DNA from: Prorocentrum cordatum
Lineage: Eukaryota
Assembly: GCA_963575745.1 (NCBI GenBank)
Contig: CAUYUJ010000173.1
Coordinates: 1 to 64,000 of the forward strand
DNA length: 64,000 nucleotides
Direction: 5' to 3'
Every line of letters begins with the position of its first letter. Within the stretch, counting starts at the first letter, position 1. Made by a program: the position numbers and the translations under genes. Below are positions 24,637-37,129 of this stretch, in pieces. The notes under the pieces were generated by a model that saw nothing but the letters and a program-made list of their open reading frames with translations, made no database searches and was not told where the DNA came from.

Positions 24637-27314
24637 CTGCTCGCACGTGGTGCAGGAAGGCTCTCCGTGAGGGCCCAGCGCCAGGGGAGGCAACAGGGAG
24701 CTGGGAGGTCTCCCTCCTGGGACACCCTGGGGACATTCCAGATGACCTTTGAGGACCTTCTTCAGAAGACCGCCAGAGAACCCTGACTATTGTTTGCGGC
24801 TGCGGTCGTGGGAGCTAAGACGAAGGACACTGAGCAGAACGAGCACCAAAACCAGCAGCACCAAAACCAGCAGCAACAGAAAACTGGTCGCCTGTGCTGC
24901 AAGCTGTGCGATACGAACGGGCTGCGGCCGGCGCATGCGGCGCCAGAGGGCGGAGTCTTGCCGTGACGCTCGGGCTACCGATGCAAAGCCAGCGCTACTG
25001 AATCTGATATTTCTTAGCCTCTCGAGAACATGCACTGCACTGCACAAGGAGTGGCGAAAGAACACCATGCAGGCGGGCCCCGGAGCCATGAAATCGACAG
25101 AAGTAAGCCGCAAGGGCCTTTTTGATCTTATGCGCTGGCCAGCCAGGCGGGCTGGGAGCCGAAACTGAGCAGGAAGGTACGGGAGCCGTAGAAGAGGAGG
25201 AGGAGAAACAGGAAGAGGAGCAGGAGAAGGAGGAGGAGGAGGATAAGGAGGACAAGTGTAAACCCAAGACTCCTCAACGATGTTGCAATAAACCCTCCCT
25301 CCAAGCTCCATCTTCAAAGGCCCTACACGGATTCATCTTCTCTAAAGGACGTGTCCCGTTGGGCGACAACCATTTGAAATCCTGAACTGCGCCAGAACAA
25401 TTCTTGGAACTTCATCGCCACGAATCAACCGTACTGCTGCGTATTGACGAGCCTGAAATGGTGCCAGAACAGCACTCCTGGGACTTCAAAACCGAAAATC
25501 AACGTAACTGTTGCGCCCTGACAATCCGACACCGTTCCAAAACACCATTTCTGGTACGTTAACAATGAGATCCGTGAAACTTCGAAGGCGACATTATGAA
25601 AAGAAACCACCCTCCATCCGTGAAACTCTTGCAGTGTTTCAGAACGAATGTGCGCGGCGCTAGGGCGAGAGCCACATTTTGATAACGACCTGCCCTCAAT
25701 CCGCGCAACTCTTGCAAGTTGTAGGAAAGAATGTGCGCTGCGCTAAGGCGAGAACAACTTTTTGAAAGCCACCCGCCCTCAATCCGTAAAACTTCTGCAT
25801 ACGTTTGAAGCGTATGTGCGCGGCGCTAAGGCGAGAGCCGCATTTTGGAAGCGCTCCGCCCTCCATCTGTCTCAAGAGAAACGCCCGGCCCACCATTCCG
25901 ACCAGCCTCGGGGTGCAGCAGGGTGGAATTATTCCTGGAAAGAGCTGAGGCCCAAGGTTCTCTTCTAGTAGGTTTGGTCCGAAATCGACTTGAAGAGGGC
26001 CGGCGGAATTACTTGCGACAAATAACACAACAAAATATATACTGTTCCTGGAAAGGGCATAGGCGCAAAGTTCTCTTTTGGTTGGTTTACCCCCAGAATC
26101 GACTTGAAGAGGGCCAGCGAGTTTCCTCTCGATGAAAAACACGCAAAATCAAATTCGGAGTGGAAAAAATGCGTTTCGCGCGTGCTCGCCCAAGGAAAAA
26201 AAACGACCCATGTGGGATCCGCGATGAATAACGAGGTCAGGTGACCTTCGTTTTCCCTCGTGGAACGACGGGGCGGGGCGTTTTGCGCAGAATCCGCGAC
26301 GAAACAGAAGGTCTGGAGGCTTTAAATTTGCCTGAAATGGATAAGAAATAGACTTGTTGCATGCCCGCTCGAGAGTGCCGCGCCGTGCGCGCCGAATAGC
26401 TGAAGATGTCTCAAAGGAAGCGCTTGTGTTGCAGAACTTGAGCGGCCTGGGCGCCCCAGAATGCCCAGGTGGTTTAGGGAGCCTGAACACATAGCATTTT
26501 ACTGGGGAACGTGGCCCTGGGGACCTCCTCCCGCGTGCTCCGCCCCCTCCAGAACGCGACGGTTGCTAGGATTCTGAGCCTCGGGACCTCCTCCCGCATG
26601 TTGCCACCCTCGCACCCCGTCAGAACGCAACAATTACGAGGATTCTGAGTTTCTGAACCTCCTCCCGCGTGTTCCGCCCCTTCCAGATTTTCCCCCGGGG
26701 CTCTAAAACATGATGCTCCCGAGCTGAAGCCATGTGTTTTCACGTGTTCACGACACCCAAATGGATATCTAGAATGGTGGTCCCGAGCCGGGGCCACGTG
26801 TATTCACGTGTCCAAGCCACCCAGGGCGGTATCCAGCATGGCTGCCCCAGGCCGCCCACGGGGGGCATGGCTGTCCAAGCCGCCCACGGCGAGTATGGCT
26901 GTCCCGAACTGGAACCACCTACCTCTTCACGCGCCCAGGCTGCACAGGGAGATACCCAGCGTGTGGTCGTCTGGCTCCATGTCTGGGTGTCTCGAGCGAG
27001 GGCTGCGGAACCGAATCGGATCTGGAGCTCCAGCTGATCGAGCGCCCCGCGCGTTTCGATTGCAACTCGCCCGAGCTATGCGTTCAGACAGCTCGAGCTG
27101 AGCATCCAAATCATGTCGTTCTGGATTCTGACGCCGAGGACGGTTTGACCCACAGTGCAATAGCGCACGGCACAATTCAATGCGGCATGTCCCCTGGCGC
27201 GTCCCCTGGCACTTCCACTTTTATGTTCTGTGGCACGTCCTTGACACATCACTATGCGGCGCGGCACAGCGCAGAACAGCATAATGCAGCCACTGGCATA
27301 ATACATCATCATCG

Positions 27315-27354
<40 letters not shown>

Positions 27355-27355
27355 G

Positions 27356-27413
<58 letters not shown>

Positions 27414-28409
27414 CCATCATCATCATCATTGATACCTTTACCATTGCCACTGCCCGTCGCCCAATTTAGGTGCTTGGAAACGCGCCCATGCTTCGCAGTT
27501 CTAAATCAATTTCCAAGTTCGTGGGTCGATCATGTCAACGTCAAGTGAATTTCAAGAACCAAACCTGTAGCGTTTGGCAATGACAAAAAATTAAGGTAAG
27601 TAAAAAGGACAGAGCCAGAGAGAGAAGTGCAAAAGATGTAGTAGAAGAAGGAGGAGGAACTGAAGAAGAAGAAGAAGAAGAAGAAGAAGACAAAACGCCA
27701 TCAGCACACACTTTTGGCACTCCGCGCGGATTTCTACGGTCTGCGCTGGACCCCCTCCCTGGCGGGCGGAGCGCGCGCCGCCAGGGAGGGCTCAGCGCGG
27801 ATCCAAGGAACCGGCGCGGAGCGCCAAGAGTTTCTGTTTATGGAGTTTTGTTCTCCTTCGATGTAGGCCTGAACTGACTGACTCACTGACTGACTGACTG
27901 TCGGCCTGAAAGAATACGATGTCTCTTTTCACCCTGACTGGCTGACTCGAAATAGATCGGGTTGTGCCTGGTATCTGCAAACCTGCCCTGCCACCTTCCC
28001 ACGGCTAAGCCCTGTGGGGAGGTGGGGGCGCATCAGGGACAAGGTGAGAAGCGAGATAAGCGGGAAGATGGGAGCGGAGGGCAGCAAGTGAGGTGACAAA
28101 GGAAAAACGGCCGCTGGCCTGCCTTGAACATCATCCCTCCAGACCCATCCCAAAAATCACCCCCTCTTTTCACCCCCCGCCTCCTTAAAACAGGGCTAGG
28201 ATCAGGACAAATCGCTCCAGAGCGTTCCGGAGCGCTCTCAGAGCGTTCCAGAACGCTCTGGAGCGGCCTCGGCGCCCAATACATCCTCCAAACCCGCCGA
28301 TTCTCAGAGATTTCGAATTATCCCGATCCGATTTTGTCCCGATCTTCGCGTCGTTTTACTCCTCCTCACGCGGGCCGCGGAATCCCACGGGGGGCGCAGC
28401 CCTCCGGAC

Positions 28410-28496
28410 GCGCCGTTCAGGAGAGACCACCACGGCCACCCGGCGTTGTCGAGCTCCACCGCCATGGTGAGCGAATTCACCCCGAGGATCACCGTC
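28410..28496 (-). CDS. Channel gene exon E7: VSD2 S1, TVILGVNSLTMAVELDNAGWPWWSLLN
   Basis: GAG|G acceptor in phase 2, matching E6; S1 pattern I..N...M..E.D; 3' boundary ambiguous within 28410-28419. Confidence 0.88.
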
Positions 28497-28694
28497 CTCG
28501 GGGGGGGGGTATCACGGACTACCTACAGTCGGGGCATTGACCTAAGGAACCCTAAATAAGGCACGAGGCCCCTTTTTGTCCATGAAGTTAAACTTCGATC
28601 TCCTATCGAAAACGTACGGAAAACCCTGAGAAACACTTAAGGAACGCGGAGCCCCTCCCCAACGAAAAGGGTTCCTTCTTCAGGGCCCCGACTG

Positions 28695-28850
28695 TACCAA
28701 GCCACCCCAACCCCAACCCGAGGACCCCGAACTTCGGGTTGGGGGGGTACGGGCTGCATAGGTGTTTTGTCAATGTTCCCCGACCCCCCCCACACTGGAA
28801 AGGGGGGCAAATCGGGGCCTTCGGGTTGGGTTGGGGTGCTCTGGAGGGTG
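28695..28850. mobile_element. Second copy of the 1702-1863 MITE
   Basis: Same TIRs and internal sequence (TTCGGGTTGGGGGGGTACGGG...ATGTTCCCCGAC...CACTGGAAA). Confidence 0.7.
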
Positions 28851-30096
28851 GTGAATAAGAGGGGATACGTCGACCCCCATCCCGGACTCTGGGGGGTTCT
28901 CGACCGGACGAAAAAAATGTGGGGTCTGGCCCTGGGATATACGATGGAGGGGGGGGCGTCCAGCCTCCATGGGGGTGCGTCTGGGTAGACCCCTCGGGGA
29001 GCATCCCAGGGTTCCCCTCCTTTTCTGAGCGGTTTCGCTTCTCGTCGAAACGTCGGGGGTTTGGGGAGAAAAATCGCCTGTGAGGACAGGAAGAAACACC
29101 AGGAGACAATTCCCAGGAGGTGCTCGTGGGAACGACTGCGCACTACTAAGCCCGATTGAGGCGCCCCTGAGCCGACCTAGGCCAAATTGATCCAAGGATC
29201 AAACCGAGGGGTAAGCCCGAAGCTGGACTGAACATATAAAACAAGATTGAGCCAGATTACGCCAAATTTCGACCGCGGACGCATCAGCGCCGACGCAAAC
29301 GCGGAAACAAAATCCAGATTGGACCGCCGGAGGCCTTCGGAGGCCTTCGGAGGCCTCCTGCAGCCTACGTCGAGACCTCAGACCGACAAGTACCCCAAAA
29401 AGCTGCCGTCGTGGTTATCCAAAGGATCCGACGCTCCAGAAAAAATTGGAGCGGCGGGATTCGGGCAGTTTTCGGCCTCCCGGGGGGGGGCACTCGCCGG
29501 GCCTCGGGAGCACCCAAAAAAACACTCGGGGTGACAAGCCGGCAGGGAAGTGGCCTGGACCTCTGGGGCCCACGCATCGAGGAGAGCAGAGCGGCCAGGT
29601 CTCCTCTGGGCTTCGAGGAGGCGAGGATCTGTCAGGGTTGGTCCGGTGGGAGCGCCCCGTCCCAAGAGAGAGAAAGCCTTGGCGGCGCGCGGCGGGGGGT
29701 GGGGCGGGAGGGCGGCGAGGCAGAACTGGAGGCCCAGAAAGGGGCACCAGCACCAACACAGGGAGGTTGCCTCCACGGGGGGGAGGAGGATCCCAGACGT
29801 CGGTGTTGGTGGTACTACCTCGGTCACCCTGGAAGCCAGAAGCATGGCCACCGTCACCGAGGTCGGGATCCCTTTTCCCCTCGGTGGAGGGACACCGCCG
29901 ATGTTGGTGTTGGTGTCAACCTCTGGGCCTGCGAAAGAAGGGGGCGGGGGGGGGGGAATCTTGCAGGAGCTCGGAGGCTTCTGAGGAGCGACACGGGTGT
30001 GGCCTTGTCTCTCGGGCGGTCCCCGACCTGACGCCCACGCGCCGCGAAGGGTGCCCGACGGAGTGCCTCGGCTCCCACGTTTCTGGAGGCCTCCTA

Positions 30097-30307
30097 GATG
30101 GGGCCCGAGTAGACGGGCTCGGAGGGTCGCGCCGCATCGCCAATGCATCGCCGATGCGTCGGCGACACATCGGCGGTGCATCGTCGACGGCGATGCATCG
30201 GCGACGTCGACGTGGAGCGAGTCGGCCTCCACATCGAGTCGCGTCGCCGATGCATCGGCGATGCGGCGCGACCCTTCGACCCCATCTGATTACTCGGACC
30301 CCATCTG
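30097..30307. mobile_element. Palindromic MITE rich in GCATCG/CGATGC; partial relative at about 23658-23705
   Basis: AGATGGGGCCCGAGTA / TACTCGGACCCCATCT termini and inner GGGTCGCGCCGCATCGCC / GGCGATGCGGCGCGACCC. Confidence 0.65.
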
Positions 30308-32287
30308 GGAGCGCAGAATTCCCCTTCCACTCGGTTGCCAACGGCGCAACCTTGCGTCTGCCGACGCGTCCCTCCGGATGCACGGCTGAGCGAGCGAGCG
30401 AGCGAGGGGGAACACTTTGCTCGGCCCTGGGCCGGTGAAGACGAGCGGCTCGGGATGAGAGCGCGGGGGCCCCAGAAGAGGCCCGGGACCTCCGACGAGC
30501 CACGCCGCCTGGAGAAGAGACGGGCCGTCGGGTGTCGTCCGGGAGGGCGCGCGGGGCCGCAGCCTCGAGGCGAGCGCCGAGCAGGAGGCGCGCGGACGGC
30601 GCAGCGCACGCCCCAGAGCAGATGCGGTCGGCGTGCTGGCGCGAGGCGCTCATGAGGAGGAGCGGAGAGGAGTTCTCCCGGTCACGGCGAGCCTCGGTTC
30701 CCCGACATGGGCCTACAAAGCGGCCCGAAAAACGGAGCCCCCTCTGCGCCTAAGCTTAGGGCGTGTCCCCCTACACGCGGAGTTTGGTCGAAAAAACTAA
30801 AAATACTCAAAAACATGTTAAGAATATGTAAAAACATGCTATTATCCCCAGGCTATTTCGACTATTTTTGAATATTCCTCCTGTAGAGGGACAGGCCCGA
30901 CTTAAGCCTAAACGAACGAGCGAACGAAGAGTCATACGCCCTAGGCGCGTGGACTCGTGCACTTAACTATCCATCAGTCGGAAGAAGTAGGCAGAAACAT
31001 GCAGCAGGAGGGCGTTGGAAGGCAGATTGGGTTTCCGCCCGCCTCTGAAGGGGAGGGAAGGGGAAAGCCACTCGATTATTGAAGCAGGAAGGCGGCTAAG
31101 GCAGATTGGAATCTGGGACTCCGAAAATGCCTACTTTCAACGACCGATGGGTACTTCGTGCAGAACTGAACTACTCTAGCTCTCCATGCCACAGCATCAC
31201 TCGCATCGACGCCCAGCTCCGCAGCGACTTTCCCGACCTGCGCCCAAAAGGCCCTTATCCGTAAGGGCTTCGCCCCCTGCCGCCAGCCCCTCTCTCGGAG
31301 AATGGGGTGGGCAAGAGCCATGCTGTGAGGCACCGTCGTGAAGCAGCGTCGGAACTCCGAACGGGGGCCACCGGAGATAGGAGCGTGCCAAAATCGATCC
31401 GACACCGAAGGAAATTCGCAGATGTTGGCCCCTTGGGCCCCTCTTGGAGGTGCTCTTGGAGCGCTCTTGGGGGCCTCTTGGGAGCCTCTTGGGCCGTCTT
31501 GGGACCATCTGGGGCGCCTTGGAGCACTCTTGGGCCGTCTTGGAGGCCTCTTGTACCCTCTTGGGGGCCTTTTCTGAAGGAATGTGGCCTCGCAAGCGCG
31601 AATACTGCGTACTGTACTGTACGAAGGTTTATGATTTCGGGGACGCGAAGACATGCAATTTACAAGGGATCGTGGCTTCGGGGACGCAAACATTGCGTCA
31701 TTGACGAGGGAGTATTCCCTCGGAGACGCGAATATCGCGTAATTTACTCAAGATTATGGTCTCGGGACCGCGAACACAGCGTAAGCAAGGGTGTATGGCC
31801 TCTGGGACGCGAATGTTGTATAATTGTCAATGGATTATGGCCTCGGGGGCGCGAATATGATGTAATTTCTGCAAGGGATCATGGCTTGGGGGACGCGAGT
31901 ATCATGTACTTGCACGTGTCCCAGGACCCTCCACAAACTCTGAGAACACCAGGTGGTGGTAACAAGAGCCCTTTTCAGCTCCCCCCCCTCGCGCGGACTT
32001 CAAAAATTCACAATAGAAAGCAGAACGCAGGACTATCAGATGGAGACTTGAAACTGGAACTGGAGCAGGGAGCAGCAAGCCTAACCCGCGGAGCCTTGTG
32101 GCAGAAGGCGTGGAAACAAATCCGCCACCGTGCCTTCAGCACGCGGCGGAGTGCCCCAGGGCTCCTGCAGCCCCGAGAGGTCCCAGGGCTCAAAGGCTCT
32201 TGTTAAGGGCCGGGACCCGCTCGGGGATCTTCTGATCCGGGTCAATCCAGACCCGGGTCAGCAGGAAACCAAAACCTGCAATGCAGG

Positions 32288-33295
32288 AAAATTCTCCCAG
32301 TGCGACCCTACCTAGGAGTTGGAGCCCCTAGGAAAGCAGCATTAGTAGTAACAGTAAAGCTAAGCTAAAGCTAAGAAAAAGCTAAGCTAAAGCTAAGAGA
32401 AAGCTAAGCTAAAGCTAAGCTAAAGCTAAGCTAAAGATAAGATAAGGCTAAGCTAAAGCTAAGCTGAAGCTAAGCTAAAGCTAAGCTAAAGCTAAGCTAA
32501 AGCCAAGCTAAAGCTAAGCTAAAGCTAAGCTAAAGCTAAGCTAACACTAAGCTAACGCTAAGCTAGAGCTAAGCTAAAGCTAAGCTAGAGCTAAGCTAAA
32601 GCTAAGCTAGAGCTAAGCTGAAGCTAAGCTAAAGCTAAGCTAAAGCTAAGCTGAAGCTAAGCTAGAGCTAAGCTAAAGCTAAGCTAGAGCTAAGCTAAAG
32701 CTAAGCTGAAGCTAAGCTGACGCTAAGTTGAAGCTAAGCTAAAGCTAAGCTAAAGCTAAGCTGAAGCTAAGCTGAAGCTAAGCTGAAGCTAAGCTAAAGC
32801 TAAGCTAAAGCTAAGCTAAAGCTAAGCTAAAGCTAAGAAAGGGCTAAGCTGAAGCTAAGCTAGAGCTAAGATGAAGCTAAGCTAAAGCTAAGTTAAAGCT
32901 AAGCTGAAGCTAAGCTAAAGCTAAGCTGAAGCTAAGCTAGAGCTAAGCTAAAGCTAAGCTAGCGCTAAGCTGAAGCTAAGCTGAAGCTAAGCTAGAGCTA
33001 AGCAAAGCTAAGCTAGAGCTAAGCTGAAGCTAAGCTGAAGCTAAGCTACAGCTAAGTTAAAGCTAAGCTGAAGCTAAGCTAAAGCTAAGCTAAAGCTAAG
33101 CTAAAACTAAGCTAAAGCTAAGCTCAAGCTAAGCTAAGGCTAAGCTGAAGCTAAGCTAAGCTGGGTGAACCCAGGGGGCGCAACTGGGGGAACCGCGGGG
33201 CGGGGACTGGGGGAACCGCCCGGGGCGGTTTCCATTGCCCGGCCCTTTAAGCAAAGAGAGTAAGAACCCTTCTAGGCAGAGCCTAGGTAGGGAAA
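32288..33295. mobile_element. Insertion carrying an approximately 800-bp 11-mer minisatellite
   Basis: Subterminal CCCTACCTAGG / CCTAGGTAGGG inverted repeat; flanking direct repeats AAACCTGCAATGCAGG / AAACTGCAACGCAGG. Confidence 0.55.
32357..33162. repeat. Minisatellite, 11-bp unit GCTAAGCTAAA with GAA/AGA variants
   Basis: Directly visible tandem array. Confidence 0.95.
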
Positions 33296-33859
33296 AAACT
33301 GCAACGCAGGTCTTCGCAAACCCGGGTCAGCCAATATGCGCGGCCGCCTCGCGGCCACGAGCGGCTCGCAAACCCGGGTCAGCCAGAGGGGGCCTTCGCA
33401 GGATCCTGCAGGATCTGGCGCCCTGGCTGACCCCCGTTTGCACTGACCCCCGTCTCAAGGCTCCCGACCCGCGGTCTCCCGGGCGCCGCCGGGCCCTCCT
33501 GGACGTTGCCGGGTCCAACGCCTGGCTTTCCTGGGCGCCGTGTGGGGCCCTCCCGGGCGTCGCCTCGTGGGGCCTTCCCGGGGCGCGCCCCGTGGGCGGC
33601 TCGGACCGTGGCCCCGCCCAGCAGGGCCCAGACATGGACGCAGAGGGCACTCCCAAAAGGGCCCAGGAGGGCGGCGCAGCACGTGCGGCGAAGGGGCAAT
33701 CCGCCGTTGGGTGCGGATCGGGCCGGGCGAAAGGGGGGGATTGGGAAAGGGGGGGGGCGAAATTTGCTGCATGCGGGAGGCGCCGGGAAAATCAGCTACG
33801 TGAGCTGATTCTCAAACCCCCCCTTTGCTATCCCCCCCTTTCGCTCGGCCCGAGCGGAC

Positions 33860-34006
33860 CAGGGATGGACACAAGCTGTGTTTTTGGCGATTTCGTGGGC
33901 CGTTTTCGTTTCGACTTCGGTTTGCGGTGAAGGCGGATTCGAGACGAAAGCGAGGGCAAACGAAACCAAAACGAAAACGAAAAAACACCGTTTGGGTTCA
34001 GCCTTG
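33860..34006. mobile_element. Second copy of the hAT-like MITE
   Basis: Same termini and body; TSD GAGCGGAC / GTGCGGAC. Confidence 0.8.
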
Positions 34007-35672
34007 GTGCGGACGCCTCCAAGAGGCCTCCCAAGAGGGCCTCAAGAGGCAGAACTCATGGGTTATCCAAAGGTTTTTGAAGGATTCCAGCGTTCTCGCC
34101 TTTCGGTTTCCCGACGCTCCAAGACAGCCCAAGAGGCGCCCAAGACGGCCCAGGAGGGCCCAAAGACGGCCCCAAGAGGGGGCCCAGATGGGGAACCCAC
34201 GGGACATTTCGAGCCCTCGGCCCCGAGGGACCCCCAGGAGGCCCCCAAGAGACACCCAAGAGGCACTCAAGAGGCCTTCAAGATGCCCCAAGAGGCCCCC
34301 AGGAGGCCCCCAAGAGGCTCCCAAGAGGCCCACAGTTGCTCTCAAGGGCCCCCGAGAGCGCTCCGAGGAGACCCGAAGAAGCATCCCTGAGAACCCTGAC
34401 CCACAACCCAGGCGCAGTGGCGGGATGGGCCAAAGGCCATCAGATAGCGCACGGACTATATCAAGACTGGGTCGGCGTGGTCGGCGTTTGGCTACATGTG
34501 CTACAGGTGAGCGATGTGTTGTTCGGCGTTTCGACATTGGGCGGAAGGGGGACGGGGAGGGAGGGGTCTGGCTCTGGACCTCTGCTTAATGCGACTGTTT
34601 GCAACACTGCGTCCTATGTGGGAGACCCCACCTGCTAGAAACAGGCGCCAAAATCAGCCAAGATCTACTCCATGGGGGGGGAAGGGGGAGTGCGAGGGCA
34701 CGCGCCGATCGGCAAAACAATGAATCAGAAAACGATCACCAAGTGGTGGCTGGGGGAGGTCGCTGTCTTGTGCTGGTGGTACTGTTCGGTTGCTGTCGGT
34801 GCTGGTGGTCGGAGGTAGTCGGTCCTGGAGGGCAAGGCAAAGCGGTGCTGATGCTGTTGGTGCGTGAGTCTGCTCAGCCAACTGGCGTACGCGAGAAATG
34901 CTATCTCGAGTGAAATCCACTTCTCCGTGTCAGTCGCGACGGCATCCCATCTCACATCGTTACTGTCGCAGCGGTGATACGTCGTGGTTGGATGGCTTCT
35001 CTGGCGTCGTTACGTGTAGTCTCCTCACCAATCCCCGTATACAAAGTATGTGGGAACGTTCGTACGGCGATATCCCACCGTTTGCGGTGGCCGCCGTGTT
35101 GCCGATAATCACGTTGCTTCGCGTCCAGAAAAAAAGACCCCAATTCAATGGTCGTTGAGTCCATCGCCCTGCCCTGAACCTCTGCCTCCACCTCCTCCTC
35201 CCCATCATCCTCACCCTCCTCCTCCTCATGCGGCTCCTCCCCCTGCTCGTCCTACTTCTCCTCCTTCTACCTCGTCGTGGTCAGCGTCCTCATCTTCAGG
35301 GTCGGCGGCACTGGCCGTAAGGCCTTCGCAATTCAGTGGTCTTTGGGTTCATCGGATGGGTGGCTTGCAACGTACGCGGCCCAGCGCCAGACCCCCTGTG
35401 CGATGGTTCTGAGCCGCACGTCCAGGGAGGACTTCCGAGGAACCTTCTGGGAATGCGGCGGGAGGACTTCGGAAAGGCGGGATGCCCTCTCACGATGTCC
35501 CCCCCCCCTGGCCTGGCCACCATCCTGAACGCCGCCGAGGAGTCAACAGTCACATCATCTGTCCCTCTGACGGGGCCAGAACCGCCTGCCTTTAGCGCTG
35601 CCTGGCATCCCCGTGCTCCAGATCGCCTCCGAATCGACCTGGATTGCACGGTTCTTGTGGCCCACCGGTGTC

Positions 35673-35953
35673 CCGACGATCTCGTACGTGGTGCCCTGCA
35701 CCCAGCCGAAGTCCCCTTGCACGAACACGCGAACGAGCTTAAGGGCCCGGAGAACGCGTAGAAAGCGCAGAAACCTCAAGGCCCGCATCCCAGTCAAATT
35801 CAGCTTGACCCCTGGCAGGCCGGTGGACGTGAGCAGCGGCATCAACCACTGCTCCAGTGCCCCGCTAACGACAATAACCAAATCCATCCAGTTCCACCAT
35901 ACGACGTTCACGGGTCCAAATAGGAGGTCGACCTGGAAGTACGCCGCCTTGAC
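35673..35953 (-). CDS. Channel gene exon E6: end of S2, S3 (WWNWMD), S4 (MRALRFLRFLRVLRALKLVR) and start of VSD2 S1
   Basis: 281 nt; CAG|G acceptor, GG|GA donor; clear WNxxD motif and basic residue at every third position. Confidence 0.95.
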
Positions 35954-37129
35954 CTGCGAACGCGCCAGAAATGCGCGCAGAGAAACTCGAGCACCACTAC
36001 CGCCCCCATAATCCCAAAATCGCTGCTTGGTGGTGGATGCCTACTGGTTTGGACACTCTGAACGACCTCACAAGGACCATGTGTCACCGAATCGTGTGGT
36101 AAGCCACTGGCCCACCCCCCCTCCCGACCCCAGCGACAAACATGGATAACCGTCGAAAACCACTACGCCATTCCTCTTCCTCCTCCTCCTCCTCCTCCAC
36201 CAGGTCCTCCCCCTCCTCCTCCTTCTCCTCCTCCTCCTCGTCATCCCTCCTCCTCCTCCTCCTCCTCCTCCTCCTCCTCCTCCTTCTCCGCCTCCTCCTC
36301 CTCCTCCTCCTCCTGCTCCTCCTCCTCCTCCTCCTCCTCCTCCTCCTCCACCTCCTCCTCCTCCTCCTCCTCCTCCTCGTGCTCCTCCTCCTCCTCCTCC
36401 TCCTCCTCCTCCCGCCATCTCTCCCTCCCTCCTTTCCCCCCTCCTCCACCTCCCCTCCCCCTCCCCCTCTGTGAAGCGAAGCTTCACAGGGTACACTTCC
36501 TCGTCTCCCTGGATGCACCTCGGGCAACTCTCGCTTTCCTCTTGGCGCTCCGTATCCTTCAGCGCCACAAGCACACGCACGCACCAGCACGACGATATGA
36601 GAGAGAGTAGGAAGTGGACGGTATTGGGCTCAATTGAATGGTGGTTGGAAGTGAGGGAGAAAGGCGGGGCCTCTAGGGCCTGGGACTCCTGCGGTCCCGC
36701 AGGGAGGGCCTGCAGCCAAATGGCGATGGATGGAGCGAATATGTCAACGAATGAAATCGCCAAAGGTCGATTCAAACCCTCCCCCTCTCCCTCCTCCTCC
36801 TCCTCCTCCTCCTCCTCCTCCTCCTCCTCCTCCTCCTCCTCCTGCTCCTCCTCCTCCTCCGCCACCTCCTCCTCCTCCGCCTCCTCCTCTGCCGCCGCGG
36901 CCGCCACCGCCTCCGCCTCCGCCTCCGCCTCCACCTCCTCCTCCGCCAACGCCTCCGCCTCCGCCTCCGCCTCCTCCTCCTCCTCCTCCTCCTCCTCCTC
37001 CTCCTCCTCCTCCTCCATTCCTTTCCTTATAAATAAATTCTCCCTGTCGCACCCCGAGGCCCATTTTTAGGACGGGCCGGGCGTTTCGCCTGAGACTGCC
37101 TCACCACTCACGGCTCTGAAGACTAAAAA

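Noticed and set aside
32357..33162. Interstitial telomeric repeat
   Set aside because: The unit GCTAAGCTAAA is not TTTAGGG-like and lies within a bounded element
34900..35140. Possible LINE linker fragment on the minus strand
   Set aside because: Only vague resemblance (WDIAVRTFPHTLY); too weak to list as a feature
36710..36729. Dinoflagellate spliced-leader relic (minus strand CCATCGCCATTTGGCTGCAG)
   Set aside because: Several mismatches and a deletion relative to CCGTAGCCATTTTGGCTCAAG, and no convincing ORF follows
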